From Perkinsela sp. CCAP 1560/9 (lineage: Eukaryota; Protista; Euglenozoa: Kinetoplastea), in NCBI GenBank assembly GCA_965644495.1, contig CBFFSA010000011.1, forward strand, positions 310,001 through 374,000: 64,000 bases of DNA, given 5' to 3'. The first letter of the stretch is position 1. The number at the start of each line of letters is the position of its first letter. This document shows, piece after piece, positions 44,589 through 55,197 of this stretch. The notes under the pieces are model-generated. The model did no database searches and was not told the origin of the DNA. It saw only the letters and a program-made list of their open reading frames with translations. A program made the position numbers and the translations under genes.

Positions 44589-47039
44589 ATGTACAATACT
44601 TTTGATCGAAAGTCAACCGACCTTCCCCCAACTCCAGAAGATCGTGAACTTGAACAAATCGTCGTCCACGCCCTACGCGAAGACTCCCAGTACCTTGCCG
44701 ATCGACTGAAACAAACAAGACAACTCGTCGTACCCCACCCCCCTCCCGAACCCCCCAACCCTCCCCCCACCTCTTCTTCCCATTCCACAACCCCTCCCCC
44801 CACTTCCTGCTGCGCCCTCTGCCCCTCCCCCGCCACCTACCGCTGCCCGCGCTGTTCCACCCCCACCTGTTCCCTCCCCTGCGTCCGCGCGCACAAACGC
44901 AAACACAACTGTTCCGGTACCCCCACCCCCGAGGCCTTCACCCCCCTCCCCGCCTACTCCTCTCTCCACCTTAAACGGGACTACCACTTTCTAGAGACGT
45001 TACGCAACGGTCTCGAGTCCCTGCGCCGGGCCAACCCCTCGGTGGCCCGTTTCAACCACCGCGTGCTCCCCCCTCCGTTGCATGCGCTCAGCAAGGCCTC
45101 CCGCGCCCACGGGGTGGTGCTGCAGATCATGTCGGAGGGGATGGGGAAGCGCGCGGGGAACACCTCGAGGTATGACAGGCGGCACGACACGATTACGTGG
45201 AGGGTGGGGTTTGTGCTGCATGGAGGGGGAGGGGGGGTAGGGGTGGGGGAGAGGGTGGAGAGGGTAGTGTTGAGTCCGTTTGAGAGAGGGGAGGGGGGGA
45301 AGAGGGGGACACCAACCACCACAACGACAACAACAACAGAGGATGAAAAGGAGACAGGACGTCATGGAGGTTCTTCGGTTGCGGTGATTCATACGGACTG
45401 GGCCAGTGAGCGGTTTAAATTGGGTGAGATTTTTAAAACGGCGTGGAGACGTAACCCCGGACTTACGTCGCATCCGATTCGGAGAGGGTATAATCGTGCA
45501 GGGCGATGGATACCATCGGGGATGGGAAAAGCGGGTGAAGAGGTGTCGAATCCGATGCAGGAGGAGAGGGATGAAGGGGTCCACTCCCACAAGGAGCCTG
45601 TTGAAGAGGTCGCTGCTAAGGAGGGGGGTAATAAACGTCAACGCTCTGAAGGAAAAAGTACAGCAGGGGAGATTTCTCAGCAGGGGCTGCATCATGAAGA
45701 AAATATTCCCGAGGAAGAACACGGAGGTACCCCTGATAAAGAACCGTCTGTTCATTCAGATGCCTCGAATGAGGAGAGTGAGGACAGTGATAACGAGGGC
45801 CATACGAACAAAGTTGAACAGTCTTGTTCAACGGAACAAGAAAAGGACTCCTCCCCGAAGGGGCCTACCAATTCGGAAAAGACGATGGGCGTACCCTCTA
45901 CCAGTGTAGAGACCAGTACATTTTCGGGAGCCACCAGCGATGATGAAACTAACGCGCAGCGTAGGCTTCTTCAGCACTTTGAGGCGGTTACTGGAGGTGA
46001 ATATGTATTTCTCTACCGTGCCGAGCGACTCGGAAACACCGTAGCGTACTACCCACTCAATCCCTCCGACACCTTGCATGACAATCTGCGCTCCGTGTTC
46101 TACGTCGTCGAAAGTCCCGTCATCGAAGTCGTGCCTTTGTTTATGGCGGATCAGTTTCCTCTCATCACAACGGAACAAAAAACGTTTGTTCGAGAGAGCT
46201 TCCGAAAGAACTCCGCGGCGGCGTGGAGTAAAAGGGTGGATGGAGATTCTAGCACTACAACCGGAAGCAACGCTAAGGGGCCTCATGAGAGCCAGAAGAC
46301 GACACCCTTTCCTGACCGTAAACGTCCCGCAGAACAGCCCAAATCCGACGTTCCTTGCGGTAACTTTCGCAAAGGTACGTGTCGTTATGGGGATCAGTGT
46401 CCGCGAACACACTACTCGGAAGAGGAACTCCCGGTTTGTCGTTTTCTGATGAAGGGACTGAAATGTGCACATGGGGAGCGCTGTCTGTACAGTCATGACC
46501 CTCGTCGAGCTCCTGCCTCTCAATACTATCACGTTTCACGGGGACAGAACCGTAGAGGGGGACATGACCAGAGGGGGTTTTCAAGTCCTGTAGGGAATGG
46601 CAGCGGACGAGCGTCTTTTTCTACGTCTCATTCGGCACATGAACCGTCACCCAGAGGTCCCCATCAAGGTAATAGAGGGCGTGGAGGGGGCGGAATGCGT
46701 CCCTCAGGCCATTTTAACAACATGCGCAATGAGCCTCGCGGAAATTGGGGTGAGACCACGAATCACGTAAGTAGCACACCATCCACACGAATGTATCCCG
46801 CAGAATCGTTCTTTCCTCATCCATCAAATCTACAGTCGCCAGGTCCAGTGCATCCGTACCCGGCTCCTGTTCCGGTGGATGGGAGTTCCGGTGCCCCTCA
46901 CTACGGGTTTTCCCAGGCCGCAAACGCTAACTCCCAAAACGTACCCATAGAACCTCGAATGCAACATCCTGGGTTGTCCTCACATCATCAACGCCATGGA
47001 GCACCAGATTCGTTTCCACCACCTCATTTCATGCATTAG
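44589..47039 (+). CDS. BCD1: Box C/D snoRNP assembly factor BCD1/ZNHIT6-like, with two C-terminal CCCH zinc fingers
   Basis: zf-HIT CALC...YRCPRC...CSLPCVRAHK...CSG, DYHFLE, ITWRV; CCCH motifs CGNFRKGTCRYGDQCPRTH and CRFLMKGLKCAHGERCLYSH. Confidence 0.82.
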   Translation: MYNTFDRKSTDLPPTPEDRELEQIVVHALREDSQYLADRLKQTRQLVVPHPPPEPPNPPPTSSSHSTTPPPTSCCALCPSPATYRCPRCSTPTCSLPCVRAHKRKHNCSGTPTPEAFTPLPAYSSLHLKRDYHFLETLRNGLESLRRANPSVARFNHRVLPPPLHALSKASRAHGVVLQIMSEGMGKRAGNTSRYDRRHDTITWRVGFVLHGGGGGVGVGERVERVVLSPFERGEGGKRGTPTTTTTTTTEDEKETGRHGGSSVAVIHTDWASERFKLGEIFKTAWRRNPGLTSHPIRRGYNRAGRWIPSGMGKAGEEVSNPMQEERDEGVHSHKEPVEEVAAKEGGNKRQRSEGKSTAGEISQQGLHHEENIPEEEHGGTPDKEPSVHSDASNEESEDSDNEGHTNKVEQSCSTEQEKDSSPKGPTNSEKTMGVPSTSVETSTFSGATSDDETNAQRRLLQHFEAVTGGEYVFLYRAERLGNTVAYYPLNPSDTLHDNLRSVFYVVESPVIEVVPLFMADQFPLITTEQKTFVRESFRKNSAAAWSKRVDGDSSTTTGSNAKGPHESQKTTPFPDRKRPAEQPKSDVPCGNFRKGTCRYGDQCPRTHYSEEELPVCRFLMKGLKCAHGERCLYSHDPRRAPASQYYHVSRGQNRRGGHDQRGFSSPVGNGSGRASFSTSHSAHEPSPRGPHQGNRGRGGGGMRPSGHFNNMRNEPRGNWGETTNHVSSTPSTRMYPAESFFPHPSNLQSPGPVHPYPAPVPVDGSSGAPHYGFSQAANANSQNVPIEPRMQHPGLSSHHQRHGAPDSFPPPHFMH

Positions 47040-47459
47040 GATGAGCCTAAGCCCCCCGAAATCCTTAATTTCATGTTCACTTCAAACCCCCAGATTTCAA
47101 AGCTCCATGAAATACATGTATACGATCTTGTACCAAATAGCATCTCCATGGGCCTATTCGTTGGATCACTGATTATTTAATAACCAAAAACGCAATGCAC
47201 CATGATAATAAATATTTACCTCATAAATTTACCTCATAACTTATTGAATTATTAAATCACGATAAAATATTATAATTTATTATACATGTCATAAATACTC
47301 ATGAGGAACATAGAGACTTTACAAATGGCCATGCAACAATATAGCGCATGATACATGTATGTATGCGAAGATCGTACACGTATGTACGTGCCGCAGAGTG
47401 TAATGAATTTGATTTCAGCGAAATTCTATTTTAGGACTCGAACTACTTCATACTATAGT

Positions 47460-48749
47460 ATGACTTCGCACTCCCGCTTCTTCGATGAACTCCATCGGCA
47501 GTGTGAGAAGGGATGTTTTTACGAAGCTGTTCAACGGAGTAAAGCACAGATGAATCGTCTGTTACGTGCGAAACGGATAGATGAATATGTATCTCTTTGT
47601 GCTTTAGTCGTAGAGACTCTTTTACGGTATGAACGAGTGGAGGAGGTTGAATCTCTTTCGATGGAAATTCTACTTGTCTATCGCCGTGAAAATATTGTGC
47701 CGGACAAAACCAGTGTGGAGAATTTACGATGCATAGCGGGCCGGCTTGTCGCTGCGTGTAAGATCGATTTTGAAAGTACTGAGAGCACGGAGACATTGGC
47801 TATGGATAAATATGAGCTTTTCTCAATGGTGCGTCGGGTCCTTGTGAAGTACTATGACTGGCATTCTACGGCCCCAGTCCCCTGCATGAGAGCAGAGAAA
47901 TATGAAAAAGTGGTGTATGAAGAACTTTTGATAGAGCGTGAGCCTTGGGATTTCATTCCACACGCATTGGCAATCATGGATTTACGTCATGGCATTTGCA
48001 ACATGCAAACTCGCAAGTGGAGTTTTACCACGGTGAATACTGCGCTGCAGTTAGAGACAATTTTGACGCTGTTCTTAAAAAAGTGTTGTAGAAAAGAAGT
48101 TTCGAAAACCTTCATGCGCGACGTAGTGGATTGCTTTAAAAAAGCGGGAGTTTGCTTAACTGTTTCAGACATGACCCCTTTGCAAGACTTGCACCACTGT
48201 TTTACCCATGATACTCCTTTAGTACAAAATATGAAGATGATTGACGATGAGATAAAGCGCGGAGGTCTCCTTTCATTTTTTTCACAATACAAAACAGAAT
48301 TTATTTTTATGATTTCCCGCGTCGTGCTGGAAGCTCTAGCAACAGTGGACTTTGTTATTGTTCAATGTATAATGCGTGGTGTATATCTTCCGTTAGCCAA
48401 CTTTATTGGAATGTGCCAAGAAGTAAAAAAGATGAACAATTCAGACATGAACGAAATTTCGAATACACCTTTAGACATGTCAAAGTCTAGACAAGATTTT
48501 TTGAAGAGAAGAAATCAGCTTTCTTTTACTGTTGTGCATTTTGTTTGCTCTGTTTTTGAACTAAGTCAATGTATTGCTCTAGCTAAAAGGAAAGAAGTCA
48601 AACCTGCATTTTCCGAGTTATCAAAGTATCACGAACATTTTATGGGGATCTGCTCCATATATTCTCCTATACTTACCTATGACGTCTCAATTTCGTTAAT
48701 ATTGAAGAACGTCGAAAAAAAATATTTTCGTTCCGAACACGATTGGTAA
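47460..48749 (+). CDS. GET4-like helical protein (divergent)
   Basis: N-terminal EKGCFYEAVQ...R resembles the Get4 GxYYEAHQ motif; remainder unrecognised. Confidence 0.55.
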   Translation: MTSHSRFFDELHRQCEKGCFYEAVQRSKAQMNRLLRAKRIDEYVSLCALVVETLLRYERVEEVESLSMEILLVYRRENIVPDKTSVENLRCIAGRLVAACKIDFESTESTETLAMDKYELFSMVRRVLVKYYDWHSTAPVPCMRAEKYEKVVYEELLIEREPWDFIPHALAIMDLRHGICNMQTRKWSFTTVNTALQLETILTLFLKKCCRKEVSKTFMRDVVDCFKKAGVCLTVSDMTPLQDLHHCFTHDTPLVQNMKMIDDEIKRGGLLSFFSQYKTEFIFMISRVVLEALATVDFVIVQCIMRGVYLPLANFIGMCQEVKKMNNSDMNEISNTPLDMSKSRQDFLKRRNQLSFTVVHFVCSVFELSQCIALAKRKEVKPAFSELSKYHEHFMGICSIYSPILTYDVSISLILKNVEKKYFRSEHDW

Positions 48750-48802
48750 TGAGACGACCCTAAGGTTCATTCCAGGGTCCGAATAATTTTATAAAGTTTA
48801 TA

Positions 48803-49567
48803 CAGTCCAGGACACAATGTTTGCTCCCTCAGACCACAGAGTACACCGTAAGAGCTTTTGACCTCATTCCTTAGATAGATCCTTAGAATTCCTTAGATAG
48901 ATCTCGAAAAGGTAGCCCGGTTCTCGTGTTTTTTTCATCCGCAGAGACCCCTAGATCCCCTTTGTGCATCCCCAAGGTTTTTTCCTAAAAAAAAATAGAT
49001 TTTTTGGACTAAAAACATGAAATTCATCGGAAATACTTCTGTGAAAGGATAAACCAGTACCCTGTATGGTCCTACACCTAAACACTCATGAATGTCTTTT
49101 AGAACCTTTTGCGTCGCCCCATTAACTCTGATAAGAAATTTTTGCGAACGTACAAAATCTAGTCAAAAACTTTTCTTTTCCGCTTTCGCGCAGGGACTCA
49201 AAATGATAAGAAATACCACTGAAGTACCGAAACGTCATCGGTTTCGTAATCGCAGCAAGAGTGTCTCGACGAAGAAATAGATGAGACAACCCTTTTTCAT
49301 ACAACTCCTTGTTGCATCTAGGAGGGTGATATTGATAAAGTGCTCCGAACCCAAGACTCACCAGTGTATTCCACTCTTTCTTTCTATAAATACCTTTCAC
49401 TGCGTACATTTCTGTCTTTTATTCCTTGTTCACAATGCATTTTGATTTGCCAGTATCTAAACTAGCACAGAGAGTTTATTTCTCTTCTATAGTCAAGGCA
49501 ACGCGAAATTTGCTATGACCCAGAGTTTCATTTTTTGAGTTTAAAACTAACGCGTTCGGCGGAACTG
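48803..49567 (-). mobile_element. Decayed Tc1-like element
   Basis: TA|CAGTCCAGG...CACCGTAAGAGCTTTTGACCT similar to the 31193 TIR; degenerate coding remnants; right end uncertain. Confidence 0.55.
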
Positions 49568-49855
49568 TAGATACAGTATTTCTCCATGGAAACGTATAAC
49601 AGCGATTGTTTCACTGGGAAGTGGAGACATCATGACTCGACTAGATTCAAAAATTAACCGGGGCGGACTCGTAAAAAAGAGTAAGAGTAAAAGGTTTCAA
49701 AAGTTCATTCCAAAATAGGTTGTGATGTCTATACCCTACTACCCCCTTATCATCAAGCCTTGAGGATAAGGAAGGGGGTAGGATTAGTAAGGGGGAAGCA
49801 GTATTCCTAGAAAAATAATCTTTACTACGATTCTGACTCTACTGTATGTACTTTC

Positions 49856-50052
49856 ATGTTCTTTATTTTTTGCAATACAGCTGAATCATCTTACCCGCTT
49901 CGAGGGAGCAAAGTAAGTGGCGCTAACTTACCCCAAGAATACACTCTATCTCAATTCTTGAGCAAAATTGCTTTTGAAGAAGCCTCCTGGAGCACTCATA
50001 CTCCAGCATGTGAATACAAATACGTCACATGTAATGAAGAAGGGGGTGTAAT
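49856..50052 (+). pseudogene. LRR 5' fragment truncated at a MITE
   Basis: Close paralog of 38928 (PQEYTL..FL.KI...EASWST.TPACE.KYV.CNEE). Confidence 0.85.
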
Positions 50053-50054
50053 TA

Positions 50055-50712
50055 ACCCGGGGTGAGGATTAATATTTAAATTCCGATTTCATTATTAACC
50101 CGCAATTTAAATATTAACGTGTAAGAGAAAACGATTTAAATATTAATGTGCAAGCAGGTTAATATTTAAATTCCAGAATGTTTTTCAAGGTATGATCTTT
50201 TTTTACGAATGAGGGGATGCGAGCATGATCTCGCGTGATCTCACATGATCTCTAGTGATATCGTTTTGGACCTCACCCGCAGACGCTCGAGTGTAGAAAT
50301 ATAAACAGGGGGGCGGATTATTATTACAGTGTAAAGGCTAAAAGGGTTAAGATAGTTCAGCGGACGAGTTGGATGAAAATCCACCTTTGAGTGATAGCCT
50401 CCCCAAAAGCTACCTCAGTTTACTACGAGGAGGCAACACCCCCATTGGGATAGAAAGCCTTACAACTTTCAACTTTCCCTGGTGACGTCCAAGGATGACC
50501 GTTCAGTTGAATGCCTCTTAACACTTTCATGAAACTGATCTGCGAAAAAGGCTTCCATAGGAAAAAAAGCGATTTAAATATTAATCTGCATCAAAATATT
50601 AATGTGCAAACAGGTTAATATTTAAATAAAATTTAAATATTAACTTGCAATTTAAATATTAAGGCGAATTTAAATATTAATCCGCATTTAAATATTATTC
50701 CGCACCCCGGGT
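50055..50712. mobile_element. MITE, ACCCGGGG family, TA TSD
   Basis: TA|ACCCGGGGTGAGGATTAATATTTAAAT...ATTTAAATATTATTCCGCACCCCGGGT|TA; many TTTAAATATTAA subrepeats. Confidence 0.88.
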
Positions 50713-50714
50713 TA

Positions 50715-51700
50715 TAATTCTCCCACGCTTGCGGGATACACTCGCGTGACTACTGGTCGTTTGGGTGGGGTTTCTTCAGAACTGCTTGCTGCGCGGTGCA
50801 GGGCCAGCCACGCGATCCCGAAAATCCTGTCTATTCTTGCGTAATGCGGGGCAATATCGCTGGATATGACCGGCGTTACACGCAGTAATAACACACTGGC
50901 GCATTCATTCCCTGAGTCGAGGAATATCCAGAATTTTCTTGCCCTTGAAAAACGCTGCGCAAGCGACTGTTAACGGATCGATACATCTTTTCTCGGTCAC
51001 TCAACTGATCCTGTATGTGATGATAGTACTTGTCATTGGGTCGTTCCTCTTTCTCTAACTTAGGTGCACTGCCTCTACATCCACTCGTCGTGCCTTCCAG
51101 TAGGCATCCCGAAGCGATTGCACGATTCCTTTGCCTAGTTTCAGAAAAGCTCCCGTGTTCCAAGTCGAATATTTCCGCGCAAGCATAATCCATTTTTCTA
51201 AAGTGTTCTCGAAATTGCGCAATTGCTGTTTTTTTTTGAACATTTCGATGTGCAAAGAACTGCGAGGGGAGCACACCATATTCTGGGGCTGATTTCAATT
51301 CCCGAATTAGGTCTCGTACGCGAAACAACCCCCTAGATCTCCTACAGCTTCCCACGTCGGTATGTCGTATGCATCAAATTTGGTTGTTCCATCAAACTTG
51401 GTTGTTCAAAAGCGGAGAGCGAGGCGGGGAGCGGGGCGGGGAGCGCGGCAGTGAGGAGGCGAGTAGGGGGCGAGCAAGGGACGATCAGGGGACGAGCAAG
51501 GGTCGAGCAGGGCGGTTCAGGCGCAGGGGGCGGAGTAGGGTGGGGAGCAGGGGGCGAGCAGTGCGTCTCAGGAGGCGTGGAAGAGGGGGGGGGCAAGGGG
51601 GCGAGAAGAGGGTGCACAGGGGGGAGCATGGTGGCACAGGAGGTGGGGAGGGGGGGGAGGAGGCGGCAGTGGGGGTGCAGGGGGCAGCGATGGAATAAAA
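50715..51700 (-). pseudogene. Gag-like remnant with CCHC zinc knuckle and Pro-rich N-terminus
   Basis: CYYC-x-NAGHIQRYC across a 1-nt frameshift near 50880; lies next to the TATE RT fragment. Confidence 0.55.
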
Positions 51701-52306
51701 TCCACGGCGAGGGGCATCATCAAAGTAAAATATAGAAAAAGACCAACAAGGTACATGTGCTTCATGTAACCTACGCTCAATAATTGTTGTGAGTTTGCTC
51801 TGGACGATGTTCGTCAGAATCTTAGATGCCGTATTGCAAATTGAAATTCCAGCCGTATTGCAAATCGAAAATACGAGTCGGGATCCCTAGGACTTCCAGA
51901 GCTCTTACTTTTCAATAATGGTATCAAGTATGAGTGAGACAAACTAATATGGAAAGTTCCTTCTTCCCATCATTCGTTGCATCAGGAGTTTTAGTCTTTA
52001 GAGAGCGTTGCCCCCCGCGTCCTTTAAGTTTTAAAATCGTATCTTCCTAAAGAGTTGGTGTTTGTTCATATTTGTTTCACAGGTGTCTGGCATCAAATAC
52101 CAAGATGCTAAAAAACTAGGGCACTACATCTTTACCATTGAGAGGTTACCGAATGCTAACAAAGCAAGGCATCAAATAACGGGGGGAGGGGACACTCGAT
52201 GAACATTCAGCGAACGGACAGTGCGTTCGATGAATTTAAACTTCATTTGAAAATAGAGCTCTTGTAACCTAGGAAACACTTCCTTATTGTAACTTACGAA
52301 CGGGCG

Positions 52307-53092
52307 TTACGCCCACCACGTCGGGACCTGGTAAAAACCACATTTAAGGTCTCTTTTTACACCCACCTCCATATCCACGCGATGGAGGTATTTGGCCGGA
52401 TGGAGGAGTGGAACAAGTGGCTCACATTCCTTCAAGCGCTCATTGTCGTCCCGAGTCCAAGAGATAAAGCGTCGCCGCAGTTTCCCATCTTCATCCGCCT
52501 CTACTACTGTAAACGGAACCAGGTACTGCACTATCAGTACCGTGCGAGCAATTGCGTCGGAGACTCGTTCAATGACCTTTGCTTGCAGCAAGTCTTTAAT
52601 GTCGGTTTCAAGGGGATTGCCTTTAACAGAGGGCTCTGGCTGTGGCGCAATTCTCGTGCACAACATCTTATTTAACACCAGCTCGGAACGGCGTTTTGCG
52701 TCGTTCCTCATCCATCTCTTTATTTAATCCTAATCCATATTCGGAATTCAGGTTTTCACATGTAATGGTAAATGCATATCGCGGGCTTCGCTAACCGTGA
52801 AGTTCTTCTGGCGCAGATCATACTGTAGCGCTTCACGTGAGGTAATCTGCTCGAGACACTTGTCAACATCCGCATGGGTTATAGAAGTGGGAGGAGAGCC
52901 GAAGCCCGATGAGTACCGAGCGCTTTCGCCGTTGTTACGAGGTTCGCGTTGTACCTCAAGAGGGATGTGACGTTTTGATGCTTGGCGATATGAGCCACGG
53001 AGCCCTGAAAACGGTGGTCGGAGAGAAACGTCCATGTAGTTCAAAGTTAAGGAGATGTCCATCCCGTTTGAAAAGTCAGGTGCAGAAGTCAC
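52307..53092 (-). mobile_element. TATE/VIPER-like (tyrosine-recombinase retroelement) RT fragment
   Basis: LPLHVK, PFTVVE...RRRFISW...N...VPL.H...YL...DLKCGFYQV, which resemble TATE RT as recalled; truncated before YxDD. Confidence 0.7.
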
Positions 53093-53542
53093 GATGGATA
53101 CTCTTCTCTTACGAATGCTTAATAAATATTTGCGCGTGACAGGGAACGCAGCGCTACATCAGCATGTATGGGAATTCGAGTTTTCAAGACTACGAATGGA
53201 TGAAACTTTTTATAGGGAAAGGAAATGTCGTAAGGGAAATCGTGAATTTTTATATTGGGCACAGTAATCGAAAGGTTACGCTCAGCGAATAGGGAAAGCG
53301 GGATCCATAGAAAGCGGGCTCTAGAGAAAGCAAAAGCCTAGGAAGACAACCTAAGCGACGTTTAGCGTATGATCTACGAGGTTGCCTAAGGCTAAAGAAA
53401 GCGGCAAAAGATTTAAACATTGCCGTGGTAGTCGGCTATAATTTTTATCTTGACTCTTGTACGCTATAATATGCACTTTTCCACTGCGCTTCAACAAAAT
53501 CGCCTTTTTCTAAACTTCCCATTCACCCTTCTTTCTCTCATC

Positions 53543-54451
53543 ATGCCTCCTCCTTCTGCCCCACCACGCCACTCTCCCTTCCTCTCCCTCCCCCACATTC
53601 TCTCTCCCCTCACCCTTCTTCCCTCTCTCCTGCTGCTATCCTCTGAACGCTTTAACACGGAGGACATTCCGGAAATGCATCCCTCCTCCTTAGTCGTTTC
53701 GCATTCTCCTTCTCCTGTCGCTCCTTCCCTTGTTTTCTTTATTCAACACCTTCGTAACCCCCATGAGAGTTGGACGCATAGCCGCCCGGAATGCACATGG
53801 GATGGGGTTCAATGCGACGCTCATGGTGTGCTGCGTGAGATCGACTGGAGAGGGCGGGAGCTGCACGGAAACCTCAGCTGGGGCGTGCTCCCCCCTTCCG
53901 TGACCTGCCTGCGGTTGGGTCCGGAATGGTTGTACACGAATGCACTACAGGGTTCTGTTGATTTCTTTACTCTCCCAGCCCAGCTGGTGGAGTTGGAGCT
54001 GACCGGAAACCAGTTTAGTGGTACCGCCCCGTTACACGCACTGCCGCCTTTTCTCGAGGAGCTTGCGGCCGGGGAGAACCATTTTCATGGGACGCTGGAC
54101 CTAACACATCTCCCGCGGGGGTTGCGGTCGCTGTCTTTTTATGAGAACCAGCTCTCTGGGGGTCTTTGTCTGTCTGCTCTCCCCGCCGCGCTTACCTCGC
54201 TGTACTTAATGACCAACCACTTCACGGGGAGTGTGGAGTTACGACATCTCCCCGCTGGGGTCGAGGTAATTGATCTCAGTGATAACCCGCTGGGGGGATC
54301 GGTGCGACTAGAGTCATTGCCAGAATCCCTCCATACGCTGAATTTATCCTATACAGATTTAGTTCCCGCCCCCTCAGTAGCGGGTGTACCGAGATGTGTG
54401 CACCTCGGAGATGCAGCGATGCGGATGCGTATGAGGAACACATACGTATAG
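53543..54451 (+). CDS. LRR protein
   Basis: CTWDGVQCD cap and about 7 LRRs; start uncertain. Confidence 0.85.
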   Translation: MPPPSAPPRHSPFLSLPHILSPLTLLPSLLLLSSERFNTEDIPEMHPSSLVVSHSPSPVAPSLVFFIQHLRNPHESWTHSRPECTWDGVQCDAHGVLREIDWRGRELHGNLSWGVLPPSVTCLRLGPEWLYTNALQGSVDFFTLPAQLVELELTGNQFSGTAPLHALPPFLEELAAGENHFHGTLDLTHLPRGLRSLSFYENQLSGGLCLSALPAALTSLYLMTNHFTGSVELRHLPAGVEVIDLSDNPLGGSVRLESLPESLHTLNLSYTDLVPAPSVAGVPRCVHLGDAAMRMRMRNTYV

Positions 54452-55197
54452 CGCGTAGGTTCATAGGGAAACGCCCTGTCCTTCTGTGGAAATCATTCAT
54501 TCCGTTCTACATAGAAACATTACGTGCCATATGTAAAAAAGCCAACTCTGGATCGTTTCCCCGAGTGATATTATCGATGTCGTCGATCGTTGATGTCATC
54601 GACGACGTACGTTTTCTTCCCGATGTTGGGAGTTAACTTGATGATGTGGACAAATCGTCGAATCAATCGGCAACGAGGTAGTTTTAACAGCGAATGAGCT
54701 CCTGTTAGGTTCGCTACCTTAATGATTAAGGTACGCTGATTAATATGCTTAATACGCTGATTATTAATCAGCGTAACTTGAAAATGGATTTATTTTTCAT
54801 GTATCCCTTTGTGGGATGCAATCCCAAAGTGGTACATGACAAACAATTTTTCTCACAAGTCTTCATATACTCGAAACCTTCATTTGTTTATCCGTCTTGC
54901 CTCATTTCTGTTGCATACAAGAGATCTCAGCAATCTCGTGAAGAGCTATGCTGCCATTTTTTATAGTAGAAAGTTTCTTTCATACGATTTTGTTGTCCGG
55001 GCATGCCCCGGGCGTAATGGTAGACATTGATGTTATTTGAGAAATTAAAGAAACAGCAACGTCCGAACGTCGATCCTGAAAATTATTTTGTCAGACTTGC
55101 GTGTTGCTTTTGCGATGATATAAACACACTACACTACAGCATATCACATCTTTGGAGTTTTAAACTTGGATTGTTTGCTGTGTTTCCTCTCTCTTTC

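Noticed and set aside
50052-50715. piggyBac assignment (TTAA|CCC)
   Set aside because: Right flanks read TTAT here and TTAC at 8436; a TA TSD with an A-starting TIR fits both copies.
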